Shown here: positions 38,918 to 53,300 of the stretch, piece after piece
Layout: every line of letters starts with the position of its first letter
Position numbering within the stretch: the stretch's first letter is position 1
Origin: Seison nebaliae
Lineage: Eukaryota
NCBI GenBank assembly: GCA_023231475.1
Contig: JALJEE010000232.1
Location: 1-64,000 of the forward strand
DNA length: 64,000 nucleotides
Direction of reading: 5' to 3'
The notes under the pieces: generated by a model
Told to the model about the DNA's origin: nothing
Database searches by the model: none
Seen by the model: the letters and a program-made list of their open reading frames with translations, nothing else
Position numbers and translations under genes: made by a program

Positions 38918-40942
38918 ATGAGATTGATGACTAGAAAGCCTAAGGATAATCTATGGACTGAATTTGAAGATTACCTAACGTTCGTTAAAAAAGTAAATTT
39001 TTAAATGAAAGCTTAAGAATAATTTAGCAGTTATTAGAGAGTTGTAATACAAATACAGAATCGGGACAGAATGATTGGAGAGAATTTAGTGAAATATTTA
39101 AGAATTTATTTCAATTTAATAGGAAAGTCATCTATCGAAAATTTACGATTGTATTATACTTCAAAAAATGAAAATAATTTATGTTGTTCGAGCGAAGAAG
39201 AATCGAAAAATTGTTCGATTGAGAATGAATTGGTTCAATTGGGAGAACTTCAATTAATTGTGGAGGAGAATGTGAAAATATTAACTGTGAAAGAATTGAA
39301 AGATTTATTTCAATGTTCTCTTCAATTTGAATTGAGAGATTTGAAGCGAGCGATTGAAGAGAAAGTCCATCCAATGAATGAAAATCATTTCCAACGACTT
39401 TATATTTGTTTCTGCATTTCATTGAATGTCGTTATGGTTTCAGAGAATAAAAAGAAAAATCATTTTTATCTCGAACATTTAGAGAATGTGATTCGAGAAT
39501 TATCGAAATATGAAAATAATCTAATTTCCCAATTTCGAAATAATACGGCAAATGTTGATATTTCGAAAAGATATTTATTCTTTGTGGGACAAAAGATGAC
39601 GTGGAAATTGATGAAATGTTTCCAAAAAAGAATCGATTGGACTTCGTGTCAATCGGAACAAATTGGATTTTCCGTTCATTTTCTTCGACATCTAATTCGG
39701 GAATTTGATTTGATGTATAATTTGAAAAAGAGTGGAGGAAATATTGTTATAGAAATCATCAATTTACTCGTCAAATTAGAACGACGTCAATTGAACAAAC
39801 CGATTTGTGGGAAATTCAAAATGAATTTCGATATAATTCTCATGATGTTATTCAAAGCAATTGCTGATATTTTGCTATATACTGATGATTCAACCATCAT
39901 CGCAATAACTTATCGAATTGTGGGAATAATCTTTGTTGATTTACTTCCATTGACACATATTATTTGGAATAAATATATGGAACGGAAACCATCAGGTGCT
40001 ATCAGTTTATTGATGGGTCTTGTGAAAATCAGTTTAGACGAGAAAATATTAGAGAAAATGGATGAGAAGATTTCGAATGATGTTCTTCAAAAAATTCTTC
40101 CGAAATTATTTCGACGATTTGGTTTAATGGATATTCTTATAAATTATGTGGAGAATAAAAAATTAGTGAGATTTATTGGTGAATCATTGGACATATTGAG
40201 CAAGAATGATTTGAGATTAATTGGTAATGATCGATTTAAATTATTTGTACAATTGAATAACGAAGAATTAAATTGGTTGGAGGAAGGAGAGAAAATTGTT
40301 GATGGAAGAAATCAATCGATTGATACATCGTTAAAAATGATGTATGATGAAATGAGATTTGAATATGATCATTCAATTTCCCAATATGAGAATAATCAAT
40401 TAATTCATTCATTTATAATACAATCATCAGAGAATGATGAAATGGAAAGAAAAGAAAATGATAAAGAAAATAATTCTTCGGATGACAACGATGAATTGTA
40501 TAAGACGCCTCCACGAGAAACAAAATATTTTCTTTGTAAACGAATTCTTCAAACTGAAACCAAATTGAGAACGACTCCTCTAAAAATCGATCCGTCACTT
40601 CATGGTTTCGAACCAACCGAAGTACTCTCAACATCTCTTCTTCATCATCCCAATAATACTGGTTCTATTTTGAAGAAAGTTCCTGGGAAATATGAAAGAG
40701 ATGAAGAAAAACCGAGAAATTCTCGAATTAAATTCAGTGATAAGCTTTTTTTTAAAATTTATGATCGAGATGAAAAAAATCTTTTAGGCAATCGAATATT
40801 GACAATGTTTAGCGAAACGGAACGTTCTGATAAACGGAAGACAACGGAAGAATTTGAAAATTGTTTAGGTACTCCGAAACGATCATGTCGTAGAAAATTT
40901 CCCATCGTCTCAATGGAAAAAGAGAATATTGTCGATCAATAA
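38918..40942 (+). CDS. RIF1-like protein (helical N-terminal region plus SILK/RVxF PP1-docking motifs); 5' exon 38918..38992 tentative
   Basis: 623-aa ORF 39071-40942 with a Leu-rich helical N-terminal region and C-terminal 'TGSILKK...SRIKFSD'. A possible intron 38993-39058 joins an upstream ATG in frame. Confidence 0.55.
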
Positions 40943-41232
40943 ATAACTTTCATTTCATTTTTGCGTTAATTCTTTCCATCTGTGTAAATTATTTAAATTT
41001 TCAAATATCATCATCTCAAATAAAATACTCAATTTTCGATGATCAAATTATGGAAATATGAAAATAAATTTTTATTGATTAATAAATAGAATGTGAAATG
41101 TTATTGGAAAAATTGTCGTAAAATGTGCAAAAGAAAATTAATTGAAAAGGAAAAAAGATTGATGAAGAATTTTGAAAATAAATAGAATACATAATTCTAA
41201 ATTCGATAATCTTTTTTGTATATTGGAGAAGT

Positions 41233-41502
41233 TTAATTTGATATAATGAAAGTGTTCAATTCGAGTACTCGTTTCGCCAAATACTCATTTCGTTGTAAGA
41301 GAAATATCGTTCTTTCGGATTGATCGAACGCCAATTGTTTCCAGTAACTAATTTTCTTTGTCAATTTTTCACATTCACTTTGATTTTCGTCTACGAGCAA
41401 TAATGATTGATCATCATCATAAATTTCACGTTCATTAATATGTATGTGTGGAGGAGCGTTCTCATCAGTATATGCATCTGGTCGGATGTTGGATTGATTC
41501 AT
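41233..41502 (-). CDS. Small coiled-coil protein, geminin-family-like
   Basis: 89 aa. 'SYWKQLAFDQSERTIFLLQRNEYLAKRVLEL' resembles the geminin YWKxxA...EN..L coiled coil, and there is an N-terminal 'DENAPP'. Confidence 0.4.
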   Translation of the reverse strand: MNQSNIRPDAYTDENAPPHIHINEREIYDDDQSLLLVDENQSECEKLTKKISYWKQLAFDQSERTIFLLQRNEYLAKRVLELNTFIISN

Positions 41503-42312
41503 ATCTAAAGTTCTTCCTGAAAATTTGAAATAAAATTTTTGAAATTTTTCACTTTAAATTTAAAAGTTTCAAAACTGAAATAAATGATCAAATTATAAAG
41601 AAGTAGAATATTCTCTAAAGTGACGATGAATTGTAGAACGACCAATTGACTAATTTGAACATTTTGATTTTTATGAATGTGAATAGAGAAACAAATTTTA
41701 TTATTGAGCCAATCGGGTGATTGATCATTCTTCCTTACTGTACATAAAGTTGATGTCAATTGAATAACTGCGCAAAGAATGGCTGAAACTATAAATAATA
41801 GAAAGAAAATATAAAGAAATAAAATAGAATAAACTTAAGGAGACAGTATGTAAAGGAAATCGACGGAAAATTCGAGTGTTTCGATAAAATTTCAAATATC
41901 CCAAAATTCGATGTCGTCGATGATGATAATAATAAATTCGATCAAACACAACTGTCATGAACCAATGAACGGTGTGAAGATAGAGGAGTAGAGTGTATGA
42001 ACTCACTTTACCACAAACTGAAGTGGTAGCGATTTGTGGTCGTGGCCATCGTTCACAGATATATGGTAAAAGAAATAAAGAAGATTGATAAAGAAACTAA
42101 AAAGAATTGAAAGAATTTTTTAAAAAAAGAAATATGGAACTATTATAATAATATGAAAAATAATCCAGAAAGGTGTTCTGATATGAGTGTGAGGTAAAGA
42201 ATTCATCGCTAATAATGCCTCAAATCCATCCATGTATCAAGAAAATCACGTTTCCTATGATGAAAATCTATTGAAATTTAAGAGAATTTAAATTAAAAAA
42301 AAAAAAAAATAT

Positions 42313-43396
42313 TTAAATTTTCCAAATCCTCAATTGATTCATATCGCCACAACTCATAAGAAATTTACAATTTTCTTCTTTTATCACTCTCAAAAATTTA
42401 CAACAATTCACTTCAGCAAATTCATGTGCTTTCATCTTTAATATTTGTCGTTCGATTTCATCTTTCTCCTTATCAATTCTCAACAATTCCCACCAACCGT
42501 TACTGCTACAAATGGCGATATTCAATCCCAACACATCGATATGATACAAAACAGATTTTGATGGAAATTCCATCGTTTTCAAATAAATCCATTGATTATT
42601 GTTCGTTTGTTTCTTCCAAATAATCAAAGTGGAATCAGCTGAAACTGAATATATATCCTCCTCAACAAATTGACAAGACCAGACAGTTGATTGATGAGCA
42701 GTCAACGTTTGATGGAATATCCAATCGTCTTCGATATCGTTTTCCGTATCAATATCCACATATCGATAAATATTAATTGTATTGTCATAACTTGCACTAA
42801 GCAACAACAATTTAGATGGATGCCACGACACGAATTTAACATCTTGTGAATGAATATGTTGAACTGAATGAAAATTTAATGGAAATATTTAAAATATTTA
42901 AAAGAGAAAAATAACTAGAGACACATTCGAAGGGAAGATCGACATGTTCATTTTGATCTTCCCAAATCCATACACTTTTATCTCGTGCACATGTCGCAAC
43001 AAAACGATCGTCAAAACTCCATGAACAACATTTAACTTCCGTCGAATGACCATCCAATATGGCATATAATTTGAGGAAATAAATCATCTTCTCATCGTCA
43101 TCATCATCATCATATTCCTTACATAATTCATATACATAAATGTTGGGATAGAATCCACTGACACATATTTTATCTCCTTTATGATTCCAGGAAATACGAC
43201 GTGTCGTCTTCAATTGTCGAACGTCATCGATAGGTGGACGAAATTGAAAATTGATTTTCTTAAATTCTTCTTTTTCATATTTCCAGAGAGATAGATGTAA
43301 TTCCTTCCCACAAACCCCAATCAATTTCTCTTTCTCATTCTCATCACAATCCCACAAAATTGAAGAATCGTTCTCTAATGAACTGACTAAACTCAT
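42313..43396 (-). CDS. CIAO1: Cytosolic iron-sulfur assembly WD40 protein CIAO1/Cia1; exons 43396..42916 and 42863..42313
   Basis: 'LDGHSTEVKCCSWS...VATCARDKSVWIWE...FECVS' spliced through a 52-nt intron (42864-42915) to 'HSQDVKFVSWHPSKLLLLSASYDNTI'. Total 343 aa. Confidence 0.92.
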
Positions 43397-46300
43397 CGAA
43401 GAAGATTTTGAAAAAATTAATTGTTATTTTAAGTAAATAAACAAAACTTTCAAATAAAATAACAAATGAGAAAAGCTTTTTTTTTTTAATTCAAAATTTT
43501 CTTCGTTTCAATTTTATTATTCTCCCATTTTCTATTTGGAAATAAACCGCAAGTTTCATACTATTATCTACCTTGCTAAACCACCATGAGGTTTATTACT
43601 TATATCGCCAATTAAGAACAACACATCATGTGCAATACATCTTATTTTTTATGAATATTTGATATTTTTTCATATCATTTGATACAATTTTTACACTTGA
43701 AACAAGATCGACAAACAATTTTCACATTTTATACATCACGCTTATCTAATTAAAATTCAAATTGAATAATTCAAATTGTGCTCAAGAGAATTCATATGAA
43801 GATAAGGAGATTTATATCTTATCTTATTGGGATTATATCTTTTGAGGTATATTGACATTTAAGTATTAGTTATGAGGTATTAGTTGCTCATCGTAATCAT
43901 AAGCGTCGTAGTCCGTCAATATTGACGTTTATTAATAAGAAGTTATCCTAAAGAACTTTATCAATTTCTTCCATGAGAAGAATAAGTTTCTTCTTGGAGC
44001 GTGTGTTGTATGTGTTGGGATTGGGGAGGGGGAGGTTGAGTTGTTGTGTGTTAACAATGTTGGTTAATGTCTATTTCCTCTTCGACCTTATTTGCCAATG
44101 ATAAAATGTTGAGTCATGAGACCAATGTCAATCCGAGTAGGGAGAATGTCTAGGGAAGTTGGGAGTTTTTGTTCGTTGATTGGAGATGATTTGAATCATC
44201 ATCAATTTTTCTCCTTTCGTTCGCATAAAGTTGCCGTAGGTAAATCAAAGTTTTCTTCGTGGAGAATGGAATGAAATTTTCTGGGAAAATAGTCTATATA
44301 TTTACATATTTATGTACGTACATAGCTATCCTCCCATCGATTCCATCATTCTGTTTCTTCATTTTCATAATTGGAAAGATTCCATGGGAAGAAATATAGA
44401 GGGATCGTTTCGGCTAGTTGTAACTACGATGAGATGATGAGGTAGTAGTCCGTTAGAAGTTTGAGGAGAAGCAATACGGATTCTCGTATATCGAAGCAAT
44501 ACATAATTGATTACAAAGTACATCGCTCGCTGGTGCTATGACAACGGAGATTTATTCTTCTATTCTTTTTTTCTCTTCTTCTATTTTGACTATTCCTTTA
44601 TTATTTCCATTACTCGATTTCTTCTATTTTCTTTTCTTTTCGATGAGCACATCAATGACAACCATTGAACGAGTGAATTCAGTTGGAATTCGTTTTAAAA
44701 TCGTTCCTTCTTTCCTTATATTAATCGAAGACAAATGAAACAAATTCTATTTCTCCATCATGAGAATCGTTTTTTTTAGGTTTTCCCAAAATATGCATCA
44801 TGTGTATCATGTTCTATTCAACTATCGAATCATTAAGTAGAGTTATTAGTAATTTCCTCTCATTATTTCCCTTCATTTCCTGAAGTGACATTATACAGTG
44901 TTACATTGCTCCTCTTGTCCAACTTCGTACTGAATAGAAAGGCACAGTAGCAGATATATGATTTAGCTGTTCATGAAATGAACTTGATATGATATGAGAG
45001 ACTGAGAACTACAAGTGAAAAAGGAAGAATTATCGAACTAGATTGACGAATTGAATTCTCCATACTCGTTCTTGCACTTCAATGTTGCCGAGACATATCA
45101 ATATTCGAAAAAAATTGTCGCTAAGAAGATGAAAACTGAAATTATCCCTTCATACCAACATCTTATTTGTCGTCGATAATTACTGTTCATCTCAGTCATC
45201 TCCTCCTTCTACTTCAACTTTCTCATTCGTCTTCACATCATTCTCTTCTTTTTTCTTCTTCGCATTAGATGTTATTCTTCTTCGTTTCTTCCTATACGAC
45301 TATATGTTCGCCCCAAGTTCTTTTACACATCGCGAAACATCGAGAGATGAAGGAGTACTTGTAAGAATAATTTCTTCTTCTTTTTTTCATCAACTACTTT
45401 TCTTTCTCCTTCAAATTGCTTTAACATCACTTCATCAGTTTCAAAAGTTTTATGTATTCCTTCAACAAGGATATGAATATATTGTGTAATCGAAAATTTA
45501 TATCTTATGCTAATGGTCCAATATTATTCATTTATTCCTTCCGAAAATCCTATTCTTTTCAACTTGCTTTAGGAGACTTTTTCAAGAACTTCCAAACATT
45601 ACTTCGGGAGATAATCTCCATTTTTATCTCTCTATCAATCAAACGAATTTTCTTTCTCTCAAAAATTTCTTTCAAATTGATAACTAACAAACTGTAAATT
45701 CTTTCTTCGATTCATTTAGTTAAGTAGTAGAATTGTTGTTAGAAGAAATTTTCCTTCGATCTTCCACCACGTCCAATTCTAAGTTTAGGTTCAAGCGATA
45801 TTTCACGTAAAGAATTGAATGAGCAAAAGAACTTATCGTTTACCATCTTCAACATTGTCTAAATGAAGAGATGTATGTGAGAAATATGTATATCTCTCTG
45901 TGTGAACATGGTTGCCATAACAACGATGACGACACTTTTATGATATTTAAATGTACGCTTCCCTTTTTCATTTTCATGCTTCCATTGATCATTCATCATT
46001 CCCATAAATAAGTTTTCCATTCTATTCTCCAACTGTCTGTTCTGATGGTGATTCGCCGTTACCTCTTTCCTCATTTTTCCGTTTAATTTCTTTCGAACGA
46101 TCCGGGACAAAATATGTCGATTCGATGTTCATCTGTGTTCTATGTATGAAGACAACCTAGTTTATAATGTTTTCCTTTTTTTTTCATTCTCATCAAATAA
46201 CTGGAGAGCATTCTATTCACGATATGTTCTTTGTCTCGTCTGCACAACCAAATAGAGAAATGGACAAAATTATCGGATAAATCATCATCATTCCTACTTT

Positions 46301-47312
46301 CCCCCCCTCAATTGCAGAGAAGAGCATGAGACTCAACTTTATCCAATAACTTCTCCTTTTCTATCAAATGATGCGAACTGAAGCAATACGGCACCTTATC
46401 GATCTTTGTCATCATCGTAATTCATTCGTTCACTTATTCACCATTAACCAAATATTTTGAATGTAAAGAGAAAACTTTTCTATTCAATCTTCCTTTATCC
46501 ATCACCTTATCATTCATTCCATTTTCTGCATAATTCTATCAATTTACGACCATCATTCCATAATTCCTCCATAAAAATAGTTCTACATTCTCATTATCAT
46601 CATCCTCATCATCATCGTTATACGATACACAATAATTTCACCTCTTTAATAAGTTTCCCAAAGACAATGTTGGAGAAATGTATCAAAACAATTCGTCTAA
46701 CGAGCGAATAAATTGATAAAGGAATTTTTACGAATAGAAATTCGTGATAAAAATTCCGAATGGAATTGATGGCGGGAATGAACGAATGAGAATCTTATCT
46801 GTCTTTGACTATCAATTCTATTCTCCGACTATCTATTTGTACCCCGTCTATCATATCATTGGTCGATGAAAGAATTCTTTCATTTTCATTCTCGTTAGCG
46901 ACTTCGATATTATGCCTTCAATAAATGATTGGTGTCTATTCTCTCGTCCGATCATCATTCAGATTTAATCAAAACATTCGTGCAAGATAATTCCGACATG
47001 CCATCTTTTTCCATCGGTTTCCTGTTCTTTCCCTTCAAATTCATTCGAAGAACAAAGTAAAAATGCCAATTATTATTCTTTTTTGGGTGTTTTTAAGAAG
47101 TTTAAGAAATTTGTATTTCCATATTATTTTCTCACCACGAATAAATGATGTTCCTGAAGAGAAGTCGAAGAATTTTCTTTGAAAGAATTTAACAGATTTT
47201 CATTCGACTCAACAACAATTCAAATTATTCTTATTATTTCCTTATTGAAATTAGATTCATTTTTTACAAATCTATTCAGTCAACTATCGAAGAACAATAG
47301 AGAAAAGAAACT

Positions 47313-50300
47313 ATGCGTGTAAAAGGTTATGCTAGAAAGATTGATACGAATTCTTCAACATCTGGACGCTCGATAAAATGTGTGACGCCTCCACAAACAG
47401 TCAACTACTTGAATAATGCAGAAACGAAGGAAACGAATTGGGAAGATGGTTTCACAAATCAATCGATTATCGAAGACGATCATAATGGAATGGAACAAAT
47501 TTATAACGATACTGCTTCGATCGACTACACGTCAGATGAGAACAACAATGATATTTGTGTGGCAGAAGAAGAAAATCGTTGGTATATTTATTTTTGTGAT
47601 GTCGATCGGCAATTTAACATCGTATGAATATTCTACTAAAAGTTTTTTTAATCGAAAAGTAAGATGTATATTTATGGGAGACATAAATAATATTTATTCT
47701 TCTCCAATTTCGTTTTCGTTAGCACTTCAAATGATAAGAAAGTATGATTCCATTTCATTTCGGAATATGTGCACGAACTTCCATCGTCATTAAGTGAAAC
47801 TTTCCTTCTTAATCAACAATCAAGTAGCACTATTAGGTAGGGAAGGTAGCGGAACTTCAAATAGGAGTATGAAGTTGAGTACATCTAAAATCATCAACAA
47901 AATCATCAACAGGTTTGTTATTATTGTTAAGGTTCTTATTCCTACTAGTCACCAGGTAATAACAGAAAGAGAGAGAGAGAGTGAGAGAGAGAGAGAGAGT
48001 TAGACAACTCATATCGATGGTGAGATCCATTAAAAGTGGAATTATTATACTTGACTTCGTTCATTATACCGATGGACGTTTGATGAGTCGTTCGGATTAG
48101 TATTAGGCACACTCATCTTTATTATTGTTTCGAGTTTTTCTTATCCGGTCTTTATGCATCCTTTCCCCTCTTCCCCAAAATACTTTCAAACGATTCACTT
48201 AAGCCGAAAGTAGTATCATTCTCCTTTCAAACGGAAATTGAAGGAAACGAATGATTCTTTAGAAAACGATTTCCATTCGGATTGAATAGTAGTTTCATTC
48301 GAAAATACATTAGAAGTCAAGAGATATTATGAATTTCGTCAAACTTCCTCTCATTACACCTAACTAATCCTATTCATAAAGCGGAAGAGAATTAGAGAAA
48401 GGAAAATGATGTGGATAATTATTAAGTTTTATCGATTTGCCTTTTCCATTTATCTGGTTGTCCGAAAGTGAATAAACGAATTATTAATATATTCTATTTC
48501 ACACATCTTTTCTCTTCTAATCAATCGAGACAATAATATCCATGAAATTAATTCAGTTTTATTATATTCACTGATGTTCTTTTTCCTCCCTCTTTCTGCC
48601 TCCCAACTTGTTGTCCACGTGATCGAACTAGGTGACTGCACAGTCATTTAGTGACAATAATTTATATTTCCGGATTAAGAACGTGTTAAATATTTGTAGA
48701 GAATACACAAGTTGTCGAGAAGAGAAAGAAGAACGGGATAGAATGAATGTGAATGTCTTCTTATTTATATAACCGACAAATAATTTATTCCATCTTCTTC
48801 TTCCAATGGATTCAATATGGCGAAGTGTTCTTTCGGCATATTTTTCCGATTTCATTCTTACTTTCTTCTCACTAATTCCTCTTCCTTCATCAATCCTCTC
48901 ATCTCCATGGTAACAATGACAACATGAATATTCTTTTCTGATATTCAATTTTCTTCTTGTCTACAAAGTATTCTCTTACAGATACCGATAACATGCTCAC
49001 AGCAATATTGTTGGTAAAGTTGTCGTTATCGCTTCTATTCGATCCAAATTACTCTCTCACTCATTTCCTCTCCATATTCATTCAGTATCGTTCGACAACA
49101 ATTCAAAATGGAATCTTACGTACTTAGGATGCATTCGCTTCACGCTCCCAAAAACTTTCTGTTCATTCTGTTCAATTTATCATCGTTCCTCTCCAAATTG
49201 GCCTTAATTATTTTTCGAATAGAACTTCTCATTCTATTGAGTTTGTTCAAATTCTCCATCGAAACACTACTCAACTCACATATGAAGTGGAATGGAGGTA
49301 ATTTTGTTATTGCAACTCCTCATCCTCCAGTTGTTATTCGATTTAATATTCATATAGTGTCCTTTCTTTCCCAGATTGTACTGATAAGGGATTTAATGGA
49401 ATAACGGATGAAGGAGTTGATAGGCAGACGATTTAATCGTCAAACTTTTTAATCGATAAATGGTCATCAGCCACTTCGTGTTTAGTGAGAATGAAGTACG
49501 TAGAGGAAGAGAAACCTTAAAATCGAGTCACCTTAAACAATTATATACTCAACGAGTACCTTCTCTTCTATCCCATTGTTGTGCGAGAATGGAAGAATAA
49601 CAAATTCTTATTCCATTCCCATCCACTCTATAACAGAACAAATGGCCGATGGCCTTATCATCGTTTTTGAGGGGAAATATTCCATGCATGTTAATATGAC
49701 GAAGTATGTCTCCTCATGATCATCGCTTATTTCCAATCTTCCAATTATTCGCCTCAGTATATTCATTCTTTTAATGAATCAAATTTTAACTCAAGAATGT
49801 CTTCCTGCCGAGCATCAATAATACGATTGAAGACGAAGACATTTCTTTTGTTCTTCAAGTCAAATTTGCAATCCTTCTTTCCCTTCACATTCTATCATTT
49901 ACCTCAATTCGTCAATTCTTCATTCTTGCCATCATTCTTCTTCTTCTTCTTCTTTTTCTTTTTCTTCTTGTCGTCTGATAAGGAGACAATTAATGTACGA
50001 TTGAGAGGACCATTCTCACCAATTATCTTTTGTCTTTTCTCAAACCTTCATATTCCTCTTTCGGACTTTTCTTCATTTTAAACTTTTCCATTTAACTTTA
50101 ATTTTATTCCATATTATCATTCAATAATAACGAAATTGGAAAAATTTTGAAAAAAATGGTAGAAATTATAATCGATTTTAGATGATCAATTACCATAATA
50201 GATCCAGAGTAAACTTTCATTTTGAAATAATTCCTAAGGATTATTTGAAAGATTGACGAAAAAACAAGTGGAAAACGTCGTTTGGGAAGTGTCGTTTTTC

Positions 50301-53300
50301 TTAAAAAGTCCACGAATTCCGAACAGGCCAGATAACTTTAACGACTTGAAATAACTCGAATGATAACAAAATTCTTTCGTCTATCATTCATCTCGAATAA
50401 TTATTCACTCGATTGTTTTCCACATATATTTCCAATCATTATTTCTTCCATACCACCATCATCATCATCGTCTTCATGAACCATTATCATTCAGATAACA
50501 GCTTGATAAGACATTCTAACAAATAGGAAGAGGTGTTTCATCGACCAATTTGTCGAAATACTTCAAATTGTCCAATTATTGAAAGATAACAAGATAGTTG
50601 GAGAGTTCGACGAATAATTAACGGATTGGAAATATCATCATTTGATAAATCCATGAATTGATGAGAGAGAAGAATCATCTCGCATTTAGGAAGAAGACGA
50701 GTTACTTTCGAAATGAGAGACGCGATTAGAGAATGATGTACATCTTCTGCTCATCACTCCCTAAATGAAGCTTAACCCGATGTCAGTATCGAATAACAGA
50801 GAATGATATCATTCTCCTCATTCTCAGCCAATCGAGCAACTCTGATTCAATTACCTCATAAAAATACATTAAGTGAGAGATATAGATGAGAATATCTTCA
50901 TTCTTCCAACGTTTACACCTGTTTCCATTCTTCTCCTGGAAATTATGCCTCCAACTATTGATACTCCTTCCAATATTCTCAAGTATTCGTCAACTAAACA
51001 CTTCTAGCAGCGAAATATCAGTCCAGTCAAACTGTCGACTGAAAATAACTCGAAAATTAAATTCCACTACTCTCGACAACAGTTTGAGTAAGATTAGGAA
51101 ATAATATTTGTTAAAATTTCGATTGAGCTCCTACACACACACACACACACACACCAATCTATTTCTTTCCCAAATTTTATAATGTAACTGGAACAAAATT
51201 ATAAAGTAAATTACTTTAAGAAAAAAATTATGATGATGATGACGAAGAAGAAGAAGAAGAAGAGGAATCTCATTCATGAGAAAGTAAATAGATTGATAAT
51301 GGAAAGAAACAGAACGGAATTGTTAATACAAAGAATAATTCGAATTTCTCTCCAAACCGTCGAATATTGGTCGTGAGAAGAGTGAATGTTTTTATCTTTT
51401 ATTGTTCCGTTCGACGACTGAATGTGAATAATAGATACCAATAATGGAAAATAATCAGTTGGAACGAGAATATTGAAACGTATTTCGGTGATGTTTCATG
51501 ATGAATCATTTGAAATATGAGTTGTTAACATGTCGATAACTATTCGATTGATAACCGAATTGTACATGTTCCCGAAGAATATTCATCTATCTGATCGTTA
51601 GAAAACAAACAAATCGATCGATTCTCTTTCAATTCCTTTTTTGATGAGAATGAAAAATTGATTGCCAGTTGTCCGTTGACGAATTTATTTATGGTATAAT
51701 TCTATCAAATGTGAGAGTTGACTAAACAATTTTCGGATGATGTTAATCGAAAGTATTTACGAGAGAAATATCATCATTTTCAGTTTTAACTCCTGATCTT
51801 ATTCAATCGAGTAATATGTCATTCCTTTCATCTGAACGATAAGAGAGAGAGAGAGAGTTAATCTCATCGAATCCAACACTTTTCTTTTATCATGTTTCTA
51901 TTTGCTTGAATGTTTTATGATTGAAAATTGGTTGTATAAAAACACCAATCTTCACATGCCATTGTTGTCATCGAACTCTATTAATGGCACCATTAACTTC
52001 TTCGGAATATTCGATTATCGTATCCAATTTCTTTTAATATCTCTTCTATTCTCCTCGAAAACATATTTGGAGTCACCTTCATCCAAAAATTCTGACGTTT
52101 TTACATTCTTCATTCTTTTTTTATCAGATAACGACATTCACGACAATTCGGAAGAGTCAGACATCTTAAAAATCGACGAGGTATTCGTCCCGTCACTAAC
52201 AATCGACGACGAAGACATTTCGAATGAGATTTTTATTACAAAACGTTCAATTGCAACTGGAACAAGAATCGGTCCGTTCCCTAACGATTTGGGAGGAGTG
52301 AATACGAACGATATCTCAACAGATCGTCAATCAATTATTGGATATTATGTTAATATAAATACTTTCCTTTGTGAGATGAGAGAATTGTTTTTGAGAGAAA
52401 TATTTCGAATGATTTCTATACAAATTCGAATATTGATGAAATAATTAATTGAATAGAATTTTCTCCTTCCCATTCCAATTATTGTTCTATCAAATTTCTT
52501 TGTTAGAGAGTGATAATTTTCGTTTCATCATTTACCGATTTGACACATGGCTACATGAGAATTCTAATTTTGCTCCTGATACAACATGCAATCACTGTTG
52601 ATTTTTTCTATAATTTTCATTTGTTCATCAATTCTCTCCACTGTCTTCACTTCACGAGAACAACTTTCCCAATTTGCAATGCCTGTTGTGTCAAAGGAAA
52701 TGTGTCAATAGAGAAAAAAAGAAGAACTGACAACGATTCTTTTCTGATTCACACTATAATCGTTATTATTCTTTACCGCTACCATCATCGTTGTCGATGA
52801 ATATGATGGCGACCGATGTTCATCATGACAATCGTTTGACAATTCATTTCGAAGAGACCTATTGATTTATTTGAAGTTGAATAGGCAATGGTATTATTTT
52901 CAGTGGGGAGGACAGTCTAGTTGAAGTCAATTGAATTTTCCTCGTCGTTCAATTTTCATTATTAATACTTTAAATTTTTGGTAGTCCTCTATAGAAGATT
53001 ATCAGTGAAGAGATTCATTATTGATTTTGTCATTTCCATATTTGTATTCGGCCTTCTTGTAAGTTTTCACTCATTTTCCACATCCGGCTCCAAATCGAAT
53101 TAGACAAGTAAATCGTTCTTAGAAGAATCTCAATCGATGCAACTGGAACTCCTGTTAATTGAGTGTTGGATATAGTCAGTTGTGTAAACTTCCGTTTAAG
53201 ACCCCTCCCCTCATGCCTCTATTGTACTCGTTTCTTTTGTTTTCTTTTTTGCTCGAAACTTCTCTTAATGCTCTTGAAGGGAAGAAGTTTTATGCGGAAA

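Noticed and set aside
920..43396. Functional clustering of genome-maintenance genes (RFWD3, GCP2, RIF1-like, geminin-like, CIAO1)
   Set aside because: They are interspersed with unrelated genes on both strands, which is compatible with chance in a gene-dense genome.
44438..44461. TGAGGTAGTAG, matching the first 11 nt of let-7
   Set aside because: The 3' half diverges and the downstream sequence pairs only about 7 bp, so there is no convincing pre-miRNA hairpin.
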